From Sedimentisphaerales bacterium (lineage in GTDB: Bacteria > Planctomycetota > Phycisphaerae > Sedimentisphaerales > Anaerobacaceae), in NCBI GenBank assembly GCA_963708075.1, contig OY970194.1, positions 192,001 to 256,000 of the forward strand: a DNA stretch of 64,000 nucleotides. Direction: 5' to 3'. The notes beneath the pieces were generated by a model. It saw only the letters and a list, made by a program, of their open reading frames with translations, was not told the DNA's origin and did no database searches. Below, one piece after another: positions 42,051 through 51,216 of this stretch. Position 1 is the first letter of the stretch, and each line of letters opens with the position of its first letter. The translations under genes were made by a program, and so were the position numbers.

Positions 42051-42788
42051 ATGAAGAAACTCACAGTCATGGTGAGCATGGTCATCCTGGTGGGAACGGC
42101 CGTCGCCCCGGCGGCGCCGCAGATTCTGGTATACGATGAGAACACCTATCACAGTTATGCCCAGACTGCGCTCACCAATCTGTCACTGAGCTACACGCTT
42201 GGGGACAGTTCTACGTTCAATACCCTGCTGGCTGGCGGGGTATGGGACCTGATCGTCGTCGATTGTCCGAGCACTCCGCCGAGCTCTTGGACGCCGCTGG
42301 TCAACTACGTCGATGGCGGCGGCAAGGCCATCATGTCGTTCTGGGCACTCCAGAGTCAAGCCGCCCTCGCCACGGCGTTCGACGTCAGCGTGGCCGGAAC
42401 GTACTCCATGCCGGAGAATGTCTACGCCTGGAGTGCCTCCCATGCCATCTTTACCAGCCCCTACGCGGTTGGCGATCTGACGGCCTGGCACGATCACTGG
42501 GCTGACGACGGAGATCACCTGACGGCCATCAATGGGGCGCAGGAACTGGCAGGGTTCACCGGATCGCCGTCCGCCGGCATGGCGGCGATCGTGCTCGGCA
42601 ACGGCGGCAGCACCCTGTACAACGGCTTCCTGTTCGATGCCATGGACGATCCTGACGGGGTCAATCTGATTGCGAATGAGGTTTCGTACCTGTTGGGTAT
42701 GTCCCAGATTCCCGCACCGGGGGCTCTGCTCCTTGGCGGCCTGGGCGCCGGCGTCGTCGGCTGGCTCAGGAGACGCAGGACTCTCTAA
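42051..42788 (+). CDS. Surface protein with PEP-CTERM-like sorting signal
   Basis: Signal peptide; C-terminus IPAPGALLLGGLGAGVVGWLRRRRTL. Confidence 0.85.
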   Translation: MKKLTVMVSMVILVGTAVAPAAPQILVYDENTYHSYAQTALTNLSLSYTLGDSSTFNTLLAGGVWDLIVVDCPSTPPSSWTPLVNYVDGGGKAIMSFWALQSQAALATAFDVSVAGTYSMPENVYAWSASHAIFTSPYAVGDLTAWHDHWADDGDHLTAINGAQELAGFTGSPSAGMAAIVLGNGGSTLYNGFLFDAMDDPDGVNLIANEVSYLLGMSQIPAPGALLLGGLGAGVVGWLRRRRTL

Positions 42789-42812
42789 CATCCCTGCAGG
42801 TTGCGTAATTCG

Positions 42813-42851
42813 AGGGCTGCGGCCATCGTGCTTGCAGCCCTCTTCCTTTTT
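42813..42851 (+). terminator. Probable intrinsic terminator
   Basis: AGGGCTGC...GCAGCCCT hairpin followed by a pyrimidine/T-rich tract. Confidence 0.55.
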
Positions 42852-42915
42852 ACGGACGCCGCAACTTCACTACGGACAGCCACCGGTTGTCTGGACTTGT
42901 ACTTACCCTTCGGTA

Positions 42916-43076
42916 GCTAATGGCAGACACGACCATGATTTGTCATAATTGCGGCGGGGAATTGGAGAGCCTGATCACAAACCTGCCCTTCAAAGTCGAT
43001 CATGATTCGTATTCTCAAGAGAATCGACAAGACGACAGAACTCGAAGTGCTCACCTACGCCGCCGCAACAGCATGA
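42916..43076 (+). pseudogene. Miniature doubly-deleted DUF4258/YgiT module, copy 1
   Basis: GCTAATGGCAGAC (toxin start) fused to ACGACCATGATTTGTCAT (antitoxin start); antitoxin centre missing. Confidence 0.85.
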
Positions 43077-43329
43077 TGTCTTGTGACACCATACTTGGTT
43101 CAGACCAAAAATAGGCAAGATGTCTCTGGAATTTCGGGGGACACCCGCCACAGAAGAATGTGAAATGTGTAGGTTTGACCCCCTCTCCTGCCCGGCGTTG
43201 GCTTGGCAGATGCTGTCCTGGCGGCCACCGCCCAAGCCGAGAACGCCGAACTCAAGACCCTCAACATCAGGCACTACCCCATGCTCAAGGGCCTCAGACC
43301 AGCCTATACCAAGTAGTCAGGGTTGGGCA

Positions 43330-43487
43330 GCGAATGGCAGACACGACCATGACTTGTCACAATTGCGGCGGGGAATTGGAGAGCTTGATCACGAACCTGC
43401 CCTTCAAAATTGACCATGACTCGTATTCTCAAGAGAATCGACAAAACCACAGAACTCGAAGTCCTCACCTACGCCGCAACGGCATAA
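43330..43487 (+). pseudogene. Miniature doubly-deleted DUF4258/YgiT module, copy 2
   Basis: Same two junctions as copy 1, with scattered substitutions. Confidence 0.85.
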
Positions 43488-43561
43488 CATCCGGACACAG
43501 CGGACTCGATTCAATAGCCGAAAAAAGTAAGATGCCCCCGGAATTCGAATTCAACAGATCT

Positions 43562-44821
43562 TCACCTGCGGACCAGAGGCGAGATCACCTGAACGAACGG
43601 ATCGCCTGTCTTTATCAAGAGTGTACTCTCAAGGCCTGTTAGCATTTCTGCTTTTCTGGCGATAGTGATTGCGTCCAACTTGGAGTCGATAGACGGGAAG
43701 AACGTTGAGGCGTGGTTCAAATACCCGTAGGACACAATTCCCGCGATAACGTATACGTAGTTGGAACGATCTGAATCGAACTTTCGTCCCATGAGGAGTT
43801 CCCCGGGCGTCGATGAGTCCCAATCTGTTTGAAAGGGAATTGCGCGGATGCCACCGTGAACCATATTCGAGAGCTTACTGTACAGCTTGTCATAACTGCC
43901 TGGTGCAAATTGCTCGAACATCTTTCGCCACGAGACTCTTTCTTTCCACAATTCGGTTGTATAATGCGTCTGAACCATCTCTCGGCGTGAATGGAAATAC
44001 CGCAGCGCGACAAACCCCTCCAGCAAGTGCCGAGAGAGGATCACACCTTCCAAGTAGTTCCCGCGCATCCAGAGTTCCTGGATGCAATGCAGTGTATATG
44101 GCAAGCGTACATATGTGCACTTCGCTATGCTCAGGAACCAATGATCAGGCGAATTGAAAACAGTCGGCTCGGCGCAATGATAAGAAAGGCGAAAGAAGAT
44201 ATTGCCCAGGTTCGTCAACGTCGCGGCTCCCCTCGCATCTTGGTGGGTTGTGTCTGCATATGCTTTCGCTTCTGTCTCCCTGAGATGCTGAAGGCTCATC
44301 CAGTTATCATGCCACTCATATTCAAACATTTTCTTCTCCACAACCATCACACGCAGCTTACGTGCTATACGCCTGACACCGCAGAATACTAGATATTCAG
44401 TAGTGCCGACAGCAACCAATGATGAGAACACCAAGAGGCTGTGAAAAGAATGGTCCTTGCCGAACAGCCTCAGTACAATTTCTGCCGCGACCAAGCAGGT
44501 GCCGATCCACAAAGTGATAACGCCCACGAGGGCGCCGGCGCAAATGCAGAGTCTCTTCAATGGCTCGTTGCGCCAAGGCGGTGCCGGATGCACAACGGCA
44601 TGCATCAGGAATCCAGCCATGAGGAAAAGAAACCCACTCATGGCCACCGCAGGTGAGAGAACGTCGTCCGCCGCTGCACCACCAAGCGATACGACGAATC
44701 CTTTGAGGGCATACCAACCGAATACCAAGGCCACTGGGAGCAACACAATCCTCAGGAGCCAAGTCGCGACACCCTCAACAAGTTGTCTCCTCCTCAATCT
44801 GGGGATATCTGGGGGCGCCAT
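43562..44821 (-). CDS. Hypothetical protein: 4-TM N-terminus plus DUF5677/HEPN-like C-terminal domain
   Basis: Hydrophobic N-terminal half; C-terminal LSRHLLE...LYSKLSNMVHG pattern; lower GC; start uncertain. Confidence 0.55.
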   Translation of the reverse strand: MAPPDIPRLRRRQLVEGVATWLLRIVLLPVALVFGWYALKGFVVSLGGAAADDVLSPAVAMSGFLFLMAGFLMHAVVHPAPPWRNEPLKRLCICAGALVGVITLWIGTCLVAAEIVLRLFGKDHSFHSLLVFSSLVAVGTTEYLVFCGVRRIARKLRVMVVEKKMFEYEWHDNWMSLQHLRETEAKAYADTTHQDARGAATLTNLGNIFFRLSYHCAEPTVFNSPDHWFLSIAKCTYVRLPYTLHCIQELWMRGNYLEGVILSRHLLEGFVALRYFHSRREMVQTHYTTELWKERVSWRKMFEQFAPGSYDKLYSKLSNMVHGGIRAIPFQTDWDSSTPGELLMGRKFDSDRSNYVYVIAGIVSYGYLNHASTFFPSIDSKLDAITIARKAEMLTGLESTLLIKTGDPFVQVISPLVRR

Positions 44822-44882
44822 ACTCGATTCAGGACCGAAATAATTAAGACGTCCCCGAAATTCCCCGGCGCCTGGCACGGCA

Positions 44883-45338
44883 TCACGACAGTACAAGGGA
44901 CGCCACGATTGCGGTCGTGCCGAGACAATACAGTAACTGATAGATCCATCGGTTGACACGCTCAGTCAGAGTCACGCCTGCAATACTCTGTATCTCCCAT
45001 CCACGTACAAACAATGCCGCCCACAGTAGCACCGTCGCGCCGGAGACCTGGAGTGCTCTTGCAAGACGCGTGGGTTCCGGTCCACAGAGCATGCCGAGGA
45101 CCCAACCAACAATGCCTCCCACGATGATTGATCCAACCACCCATGCAAGCGAGCCCCAAAGACCTTGCCACACTTTGAAGGCCCTCGGCGGCCCTTCTGG
45201 TGGCGGCTGAGGAAATTGCTTCCGCACCTTATTGTCAGCACGTTCAGCCTCTGCGAGGCGCGTAGGGGAGAAGGCTGCGAAGGCGCACAGGACCAATGCT
45301 CTGAATGGACCAACCTTTGTCAAGCGAGTATCAGCCAT
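44883..45338 (-). CDS. Hypothetical membrane protein
   Basis: About 150 aa with 3 TM segments, lower-GC segment. Confidence 0.6.
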   Translation of the reverse strand: MADTRLTKVGPFRALVLCAFAAFSPTRLAEAERADNKVRKQFPQPPPEGPPRAFKVWQGLWGSLAWVVGSIIVGGIVGWVLGMLCGPEPTRLARALQVSGATVLLWAALFVRGWEIQSIAGVTLTERVNRWIYQLLYCLGTTAIVASLVLS

Positions 45339-45461
45339 AGGTTCGACTCCAAATGATGACCACCGCAATCTGCGAAGGGCCATTACTGTACATAGCCACC
45401 ATTTCTCTCGACTTCGACCTACCGTTAATAAGTGGCCGTCCCCAGTTCCTTCTGGTCATCC

Positions 45462-45953
45462 CTATTGGAAGACAATGCGAATCCCACGCAGGTGCTTGGT
45501 CAAAGGAGCAAGCAGCTTTGTTCCATAGATTCCGAGGAGCGAGACAACGCATGTGTCGTCCTGGGTTCTGATCTGACTCGCCAGCGCCGGAACCATGGCT
45601 ACACTTGGGCCGACCCCATGAGGATCTTGCCAAGCCAGATCGTATATAGGAGTTCGCTTCTCCTGCTCCTGCCAAAAACCGACTCCGTATCCCCCGGATA
45701 AGGCAAGTTCGCCGATCTTCTCCCGATATGCTGACATGAGGCGGTCGGCAACCTCACCTTCGTTGCCGACATTCTGTACGACTGTCTCAACCATGTAGAC
45801 AAGGAAGTGGCGGAACTCGGTCTCCACTTTGGACGTGGGTATACTCAGTTCATGAGCCACCTCATCGATGGCTGTACGATGGTCCTCATTAAGCTGAAGG
45901 GCGATCCTGGCCAACTCAGCGGCAATGGCACTGGCAGAATGTCTTTTCCTCAT
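45462..45953 (-). CDS. Hypothetical protein
   Basis: About 163-aa ORF with protein-like composition, co-oriented with neighbours. Confidence 0.55.
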   Translation of the reverse strand: MRKRHSASAIAAELARIALQLNEDHRTAIDEVAHELSIPTSKVETEFRHFLVYMVETVVQNVGNEGEVADRLMSAYREKIGELALSGGYGVGFWQEQEKRTPIYDLAWQDPHGVGPSVAMVPALASQIRTQDDTCVVSLLGIYGTKLLAPLTKHLRGIRIVFQ

Positions 45954-46175
45954 GGGCCACATTTGGTGGTGTCATTTCCTCCCGAAGAGAACGGGACTCG
46001 TACCATTCTCGATAGGGCGCCTGCGAACGGTTGTGAGAGATGAATGATCCACCACGACTTCCCGTCTGTTGAACATCGCACCACGGCTTCACAATCCATA
46101 CCATTATTAGAGCGAAAATCGCTCGGAAATGCAAAGGAAAACGGTTGTCGGTAGTCAGTAGCCGGTATTCGGCTG

Positions 46176-46580
46176 TAAAGCCTTGTCCGGCAGAAGTTTA
46201 TCAGCGTTGATCGGCGGTCATCCGCGGTTGAAGAGCAGTTGTCAGTTCCCAGTTGGCTGGTTGCTGGTTCTCGATTGTAAGTCCTTGGACTGAAAAGGCT
46301 TATGTCTCGCGCTGAGACGCAGAGCCCGCAGGGTTTGAAATGCACTTGTCGGTCTTCTCTTTCTCTGCGTCTCCGCGTCCCTGCGTGCAAATATGTTGTC
46401 GGTTGTCGTTCATAAAGCCTTGTTCGGCAGGAGTTTATCAGCGTTTATCGGCGTTCATCAGCGGTTGAAGAGCAGTTGTCAGTTCTCGGTTAACAGTTCC
46501 CAGTTGGCTGGTTGCTGGTTCTTGGTTGTAAGTCCTTGGACTGAAAAGGATTATGTGTCACGCAGAGACGCGGAGACGCT
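46176..46580 (+). repeat. Imperfect tandem duplication (~150-170-bp unit; starts ~46176 and ~46413)
   Basis: Both units carry TAAAGCCTTGT.CGGCAG, GAAGAGCAGTTGTCAGTTC, CAGTTGGCTGGTTGCTGGTTC and TAAGTCCTTGGACTGAAAAGG. Confidence 0.8.
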
Positions 46581-46752
46581 GAGAAAACCGGTCGAAATCT
46601 ATTCTGAACTCTGCGGGCTCTGCGTCTCTGCGTGAGAATCTGGTTTTTCACCCCGAGGCTGGGCCAGGTCAATCTTCGTAAGCCGATGTGTGGCAAGAGC
46701 TTATCTTCAGGTGTCGCAATGAAGAAAAGTCCCTGTGTTGTCGGGATTTTAC

Positions 46753-46781
46753 TTGACAGAAAACACGTAATTTTGTAAGAT
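46753..46781 (+). promoter_or_regulatory. Sigma70-type promoter pointing into repeat array 2
   Basis: TTGACA-N17-TAAGAT in an AT-rich patch about 120 bp before the first repeat. Confidence 0.6.
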
Positions 46782-46902
46782 TGTGACACAACTGAATGGA
46801 GAACCACTCAGAGTGCGGAGTACGGAGTGCGGAGTACGGAATGCGGAATCAAGAGCGGGGCGAGTGGCGTGGTGTACCTCCAATGACAAACACACGTAGT
46901 TT

Positions 46903-47583
46903 GCGAAACAAAGCCAATTTCGGGGCGGGGGCCCGCGATTGCGGATTGCGGAATGCGGATTGAGGGCAGGGAGACCACTATGCGAAACAAAGCCAATTTC
47001 GGGCGGAGGGCCGTTGGAGTGCGGATTGCGGAATGCGGAATGCGGAATGAAGAGAGAATCGCGCGAAACAAAGCCAATTTGCCGGGAGAGGGCGGCAGGC
47101 GACAGGCCGGAGGAATGTGGGCGGGTGATTTTGCGAAACAAAGCCAATTTCGGGGGACGGGATCAGCGTGAAGTCCTTTACGGGAAAGGAGTTGCGTTTG
47201 ATTCGACGAGGATGTGAAACAAAGCCAATTTCGGGCCGGGGGCCATGGGATTGCGGATTTCGGATTGCGGAGTGCGGATTGAAGACAGGGCGAGTGCCGT
47301 GATGTGCCTCCGGGGACAGTTTGTGAAACAAAGCCAATTTCCAGCAAAGGGCCTGCGATTGGGGATTGCGGAATGCGGAATGAAGAGGCTCGTGCGAAAC
47401 AAAGCCAATTTGCCGGGCAGACAGCCGAGAGCCCTACGGGCAGTTTGCGAAACAAACCAATTGTGAGCGAGTTTCGAGTTTGAAGTGTGAGGTGTCAAGC
47501 GGGAGGGGCTGGATGTGAGGCATTCGACTTCAAACTTCAAACATAACACTTCACACCTCGACTTGGCGAAACAAAGCCAAATG
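46903..47583 (+). repeat. Repeat-spacer array 2: 9 copies of GYGAAACAAAGCCAATTT
   Basis: Copies at 46903, 46982, 47063, 47133, 47214, 47323, 47394, 47447 (1-nt deletion) and 47566; periods 53-119 bp. Confidence 0.93.
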
Positions 47584-47809
47584 TGGAGGAGATGGGAGGG
47601 ATAGGTAAAAGGGCGATGTGGGACGTGCGGCGGGGGGGCTTTGTGCTGGGGAGGGGTGTCGCATGGGAGGGAGGTGATCTTAGAAAAAGCTTTGCACGGA
47701 GACTGTGCGGAGTGCTTAATAGTAGGAAGTAGGACGGACAACACGGCCGGTTGCCGTACGCGTTTGTGAATTGCGGCTGAAAAGCGTTGCTGATACAGGG
47801 AGGATTTAC

Positions 47810-48703
47810 ATGAGAAAAGCTGCGAGATCCACGATTATCACCTGGGTATCTCTTCTGTTCGTGCTGGCGGGATGCGCGGAGGTGCCTATTACGGGAAGGA
47901 GGCAGTTGAGCCTTGTCCCGGAATCGCTCGTCACGTCGATGAGCATCCAGGAGTACCAGCAGTTCCTCTCCGAGAACAAGGTGAGCGGGGACGTCAAGCA
48001 GAACGAGATGGTCGCGCGGGTCGGCACGAAGATCGTGCAGGCGGTCGAGCAATACTGCCAGAAGAACTGCGACAGCGACCCGTTTGCGGGGTACAAGTGG
48101 GAATTCAACCTAATCGAGGACAAGCAGATCAACGCCTTCGCGATGCCCGGCGGCAAGGTCGTGGTGTACACGGGCATTCTGCCGGTCGCCAAGGATGACA
48201 CGGGTCTGGCGACGGTGATCGCCCATGAGATCGCCCACGTGTTCGCCCGGCACGGGTCCGAGCGGATGAGCCAGGGGTTGCTCGTGCAGATGGGCGGCAT
48301 GGGACTGGATCTTGCTCTGCAAAAACAGCCGGAGCAGACCCGCAGTTTGTTCAGCGCTGCCTATGGCCTGGGCAGCCAGGTCGGGATCCTGCTGCCATAC
48401 AGCCGTACGCATGAGACCGAGGCGGATCACCTGGGCCTGATCTTCATGGCGATGGCAGGGTACGACCCGCATGAGGCCGTGGGCTTCTGGCAGCGAATGT
48501 CGGAGGCGAGCAAGGGCCAGGCCAAGCCGCCGGAATTCCTGAGCACGCACCCGGCCGATGCGACGCGAATTCGGAACCTCCAGAACCTGATCCCGGAGGC
48601 GATGGCGTACTACAAACCGGGCGGGACGCAGGGTCAGGCGCAGACACCACCGCCGGCCACCAGCAGTGCAGCAGCCCCGACGTTTCCGCCCATCAAGAAA
48701 TAG
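47810..48703 (+). CDS. M48 family metallopeptidase lipoprotein
   Basis: LAGC lipobox, NAFAMPGG, HEIAH, YSR.HE.EAD, FLSTHP. Confidence 0.93.
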   Translation: MRKAARSTIITWVSLLFVLAGCAEVPITGRRQLSLVPESLVTSMSIQEYQQFLSENKVSGDVKQNEMVARVGTKIVQAVEQYCQKNCDSDPFAGYKWEFNLIEDKQINAFAMPGGKVVVYTGILPVAKDDTGLATVIAHEIAHVFARHGSERMSQGLLVQMGGMGLDLALQKQPEQTRSLFSAAYGLGSQVGILLPYSRTHETEADHLGLIFMAMAGYDPHEAVGFWQRMSEASKGQAKPPEFLSTHPADATRIRNLQNLIPEAMAYYKPGGTQGQAQTPPPATSSAAAPTFPPIKK

Positions 48704-49010
48704 CGGATCGTGTCTAGCGTGGGACCTCCCGCTTGCCGGGTGGCACCGCCAAACTCGTTGGCAACGTCCCACATTCTTGAGATTGGGCATAGACAAGCTT
48801 CGCAGACGGGTGGCAGCGTCAAGGCCGAAGGCCTTGGCGATGGCGAATGGGCAAACCATCGCCAAGCTGCGCTTGACGATGCCACCCAAAGCTCAAGAAC
48901 ATGGGACGAAGCCAACTCGTTTGACGGTGCTCATTCGATGGGGCCTGTCCACTCGAAGCCCTGCGGGCAAACGAGTCTGCCCGTGCCACCCAAGACTGGG
49001 CCTTTCGAGG

Positions 49011-50279
49011 CTATACTGGTGCGGTGTGCGGGCCGGGACTGAGGAGAGCATGGGTCGCGGAGTGGCCGGCTAGTGCGCCGGTGGACCAGCACATCTGGAG
49101 ATTGTAGCCACCGCACGGGCCGTCCACGTCGATCACTTCGCCGGCAAAGAAGAGTCCCGGGCGAATCTGTGATTCCATGGTCTGCGGCTCGATCTCGTTT
49201 GTGCTCACGCCGCCGTGGGTCACAGTCGCCTTCTCAATGGGTTCTGTGCCTGTGATCGTCAGGGGCAGGTCCTTGATCGACGCGACCAGACGCCGGCGCA
49301 TTTCCGCCTTTAGTTGGCCGACCTGCGCACTGCAATCGCACTGGGCGAGATCGCACAGCACGCGGGAAAGCTGGCGGGGCACGAATTCCGCGAGGACACT
49401 AGCCACGGCTCTCCTGGGATGGGCCTGTATGCTTGCCTGGAATTGCCGGTCGAATCCGGGCTCATCGAGTTGGGCGGCCATATCGATCCGCACGACGATA
49501 TCCTGCTTGCCCCCGGCCAGCTCATCGGCCACAAGCCGGCTGAGGTCGAGCACGGCGGGGCCCCCGATGCCCTCCTGCGTGAACAGCATGGGGCCGACGA
49601 TGGTGATGCGGCGCTTGCCCACGGTGGTCTGCATCTTCACCTGCGGCAGCGCGATTCCCGCCAGATCGCCCACCCAGCTTTCCCGCGTCACCAGCGGCAC
49701 GAGGGCGGGCTTTGGCGGGATGATGGTATGGCCCAATTCCGCCGCGAAACGGTAGCCGTCGCCCGTGGAGCCGGTTTGCGGCCACGTGACGCCGCCGGTG
49801 GCAATGATCACGCAGGTCGCGAGAATCCGGTGGTCTTTCGCATGAACTGTGAAGCCGCCGTCATGGGCCTGCACCTTTGTCACCGGCATATCGTACAGGA
49901 AGCCGACGCGAAGCGTCCCCGCCTCGCTCAGAAGGATATCCAGCACGTCGGAGGCTTTATCGCTGACCGGAAAGACGCAGCCATCCGGCTCGACCGTGCT
50001 CGCCACTCCTCGTGCCTGGAAGAACTCGATAACGTCATGGGGCGGCAGCTCGTGGAGACTGTAGCGCAGGAATCGCCCGGTCTTGCCAAAGGCTTGTGCG
50101 ATCTCGTCCGCCATGCCCGCGTGCGTGAAATTGCATCGTCCGCCGCCAGTGATAAGGAGCTTGCGGCCGGGTTTGGCGTTGGCCTCCACGATCATGGTTG
50201 GCACGCCCGTTCGTGCCGCATAGATGGCCGCCATCAGCCCGGCGGGCCCCGCCCCGATAATGCAGATCCCTGTTTTCAT
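49011..50279 (-). CDS. NAD(P)/FAD-dependent oxidoreductase, HI0933/BaiN family
   Basis: IGAGPAG, GRKLLITGGGRCN, GSTGDGY, GLFFAGE.IDVDG.CGGYNLQ. Confidence 0.92.
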   Translation of the reverse strand: MKTGICIIGAGPAGLMAAIYAARTGVPTMIVEANAKPGRKLLITGGGRCNFTHAGMADEIAQAFGKTGRFLRYSLHELPPHDVIEFFQARGVASTVEPDGCVFPVSDKASDVLDILLSEAGTLRVGFLYDMPVTKVQAHDGGFTVHAKDHRILATCVIIATGGVTWPQTGSTGDGYRFAAELGHTIIPPKPALVPLVTRESWVGDLAGIALPQVKMQTTVGKRRITIVGPMLFTQEGIGGPAVLDLSRLVADELAGGKQDIVVRIDMAAQLDEPGFDRQFQASIQAHPRRAVASVLAEFVPRQLSRVLCDLAQCDCSAQVGQLKAEMRRRLVASIKDLPLTITGTEPIEKATVTHGGVSTNEIEPQTMESQIRPGLFFAGEVIDVDGPCGGYNLQMCWSTGALAGHSATHALLSPGPHTAPV

Positions 50280-50288
50280 AGGCCGCGA

Positions 50289-50948
50289 CTAACGCCTGTT
50301 GGTCCTTTCCGGCTGCTCCTCCGCGATCCCCCGGATGCGGGGATCGTCTTGTTTGATCGTCATCCTGACCCATTCTTCGGTGTCGAGGCCGAAGTGCTCC
50401 ATGCAGGCTACCAGCAGGTAATTCACCGCCTCACGAAGCTCCGGATGATTGGCGCCCGTCAGCGCCTCGCCGAACCAGACCACGTTGGTCTCATGGAGGG
50501 CGGCCCCGTCCTTCGTGTAGAGCTTCATTCTGAGCCAGTGGGCGTAGACCGTATCGACGTAGGGCACATACGTCGTGTATCCGCCGAACCCGTGACCGTA
50601 GTATCCGCCAAACCCGCCGTAGAAGCCGCCGTATGGCCGGTAGATCGGCGTGAAGTCCACCACCTGGCTCGAGTTGAAGCCCGCATCGAACGTGAGCAGG
50701 TAATTGGCGCGATCAACGGTCGCGACGGGAGTGTACCCGTAGCCCTGAAGCAGCTCGTCGATCTTCGCCGCGATCTGCCTCCTGAGAATCGGATTGCCCG
50801 CGTTCGGGTCTTCGACGACATACACCGACGCGCCCTGGGTCACGGGCCGGTTCGGATCGGCAAACGCATTCACGTTCACCCTGTAGCTCGGGGTGCAGCC
50901 TGCCATGCCGGCGGCAGCAACCGCCAGGATGATCCACCACGTTTTCAT
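50289..50948 (-). CDS. DUF4136-like lipoprotein
   Basis: MAGC lipobox, G/Y-rich loop, VWFGEA. Confidence 0.65.
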   Translation of the reverse strand: MKTWWIILAVAAAGMAGCTPSYRVNVNAFADPNRPVTQGASVYVVEDPNAGNPILRRQIAAKIDELLQGYGYTPVATVDRANYLLTFDAGFNSSQVVDFTPIYRPYGGFYGGFGGYYGHGFGGYTTYVPYVDTVYAHWLRMKLYTKDGAALHETNVVWFGEALTGANHPELREAVNYLLVACMEHFGLDTEEWVRMTIKQDDPRIRGIAEEQPERTNRR

Positions 50949-51216
50949 CGCAGCCCCTTTCGCAAAAGCCGGTCTTTGCCTGTCTCTCATGCCTGCCATG
51001 ATTTACACGGAAATGGGCGTTATTGCCATGAGAAATATCCGTGTTTGCACCGGCGCGACAACTAAGCAAAACCCGCATCATGTATAGGTGTCAATCGCAA
51101 CCGCAGGGGTCTTTGCCGCTTCGTAGAAATAGTAAGGCAAAGAGAAAGGCCTGCGAATAAGCGTTTGCAGGCCGTAGCTACAAACGTTTACAGGTAAACG
51201 ATTAAGGAGCTATACC

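Noticed and set aside
43083..45449. Classical integron attC sites
   Set aside because: No RYYYAAC...GTTRRRY boxes and no IntI gene were seen.
46903..47583. Canonical CRISPR array (also 19948-20652)
   Set aside because: Repeat is only 16-18 bp and non-palindromic, spacer lengths vary several-fold and are built from shared repeats, and no cas genes are in the window; kept as a non-CRISPR array.
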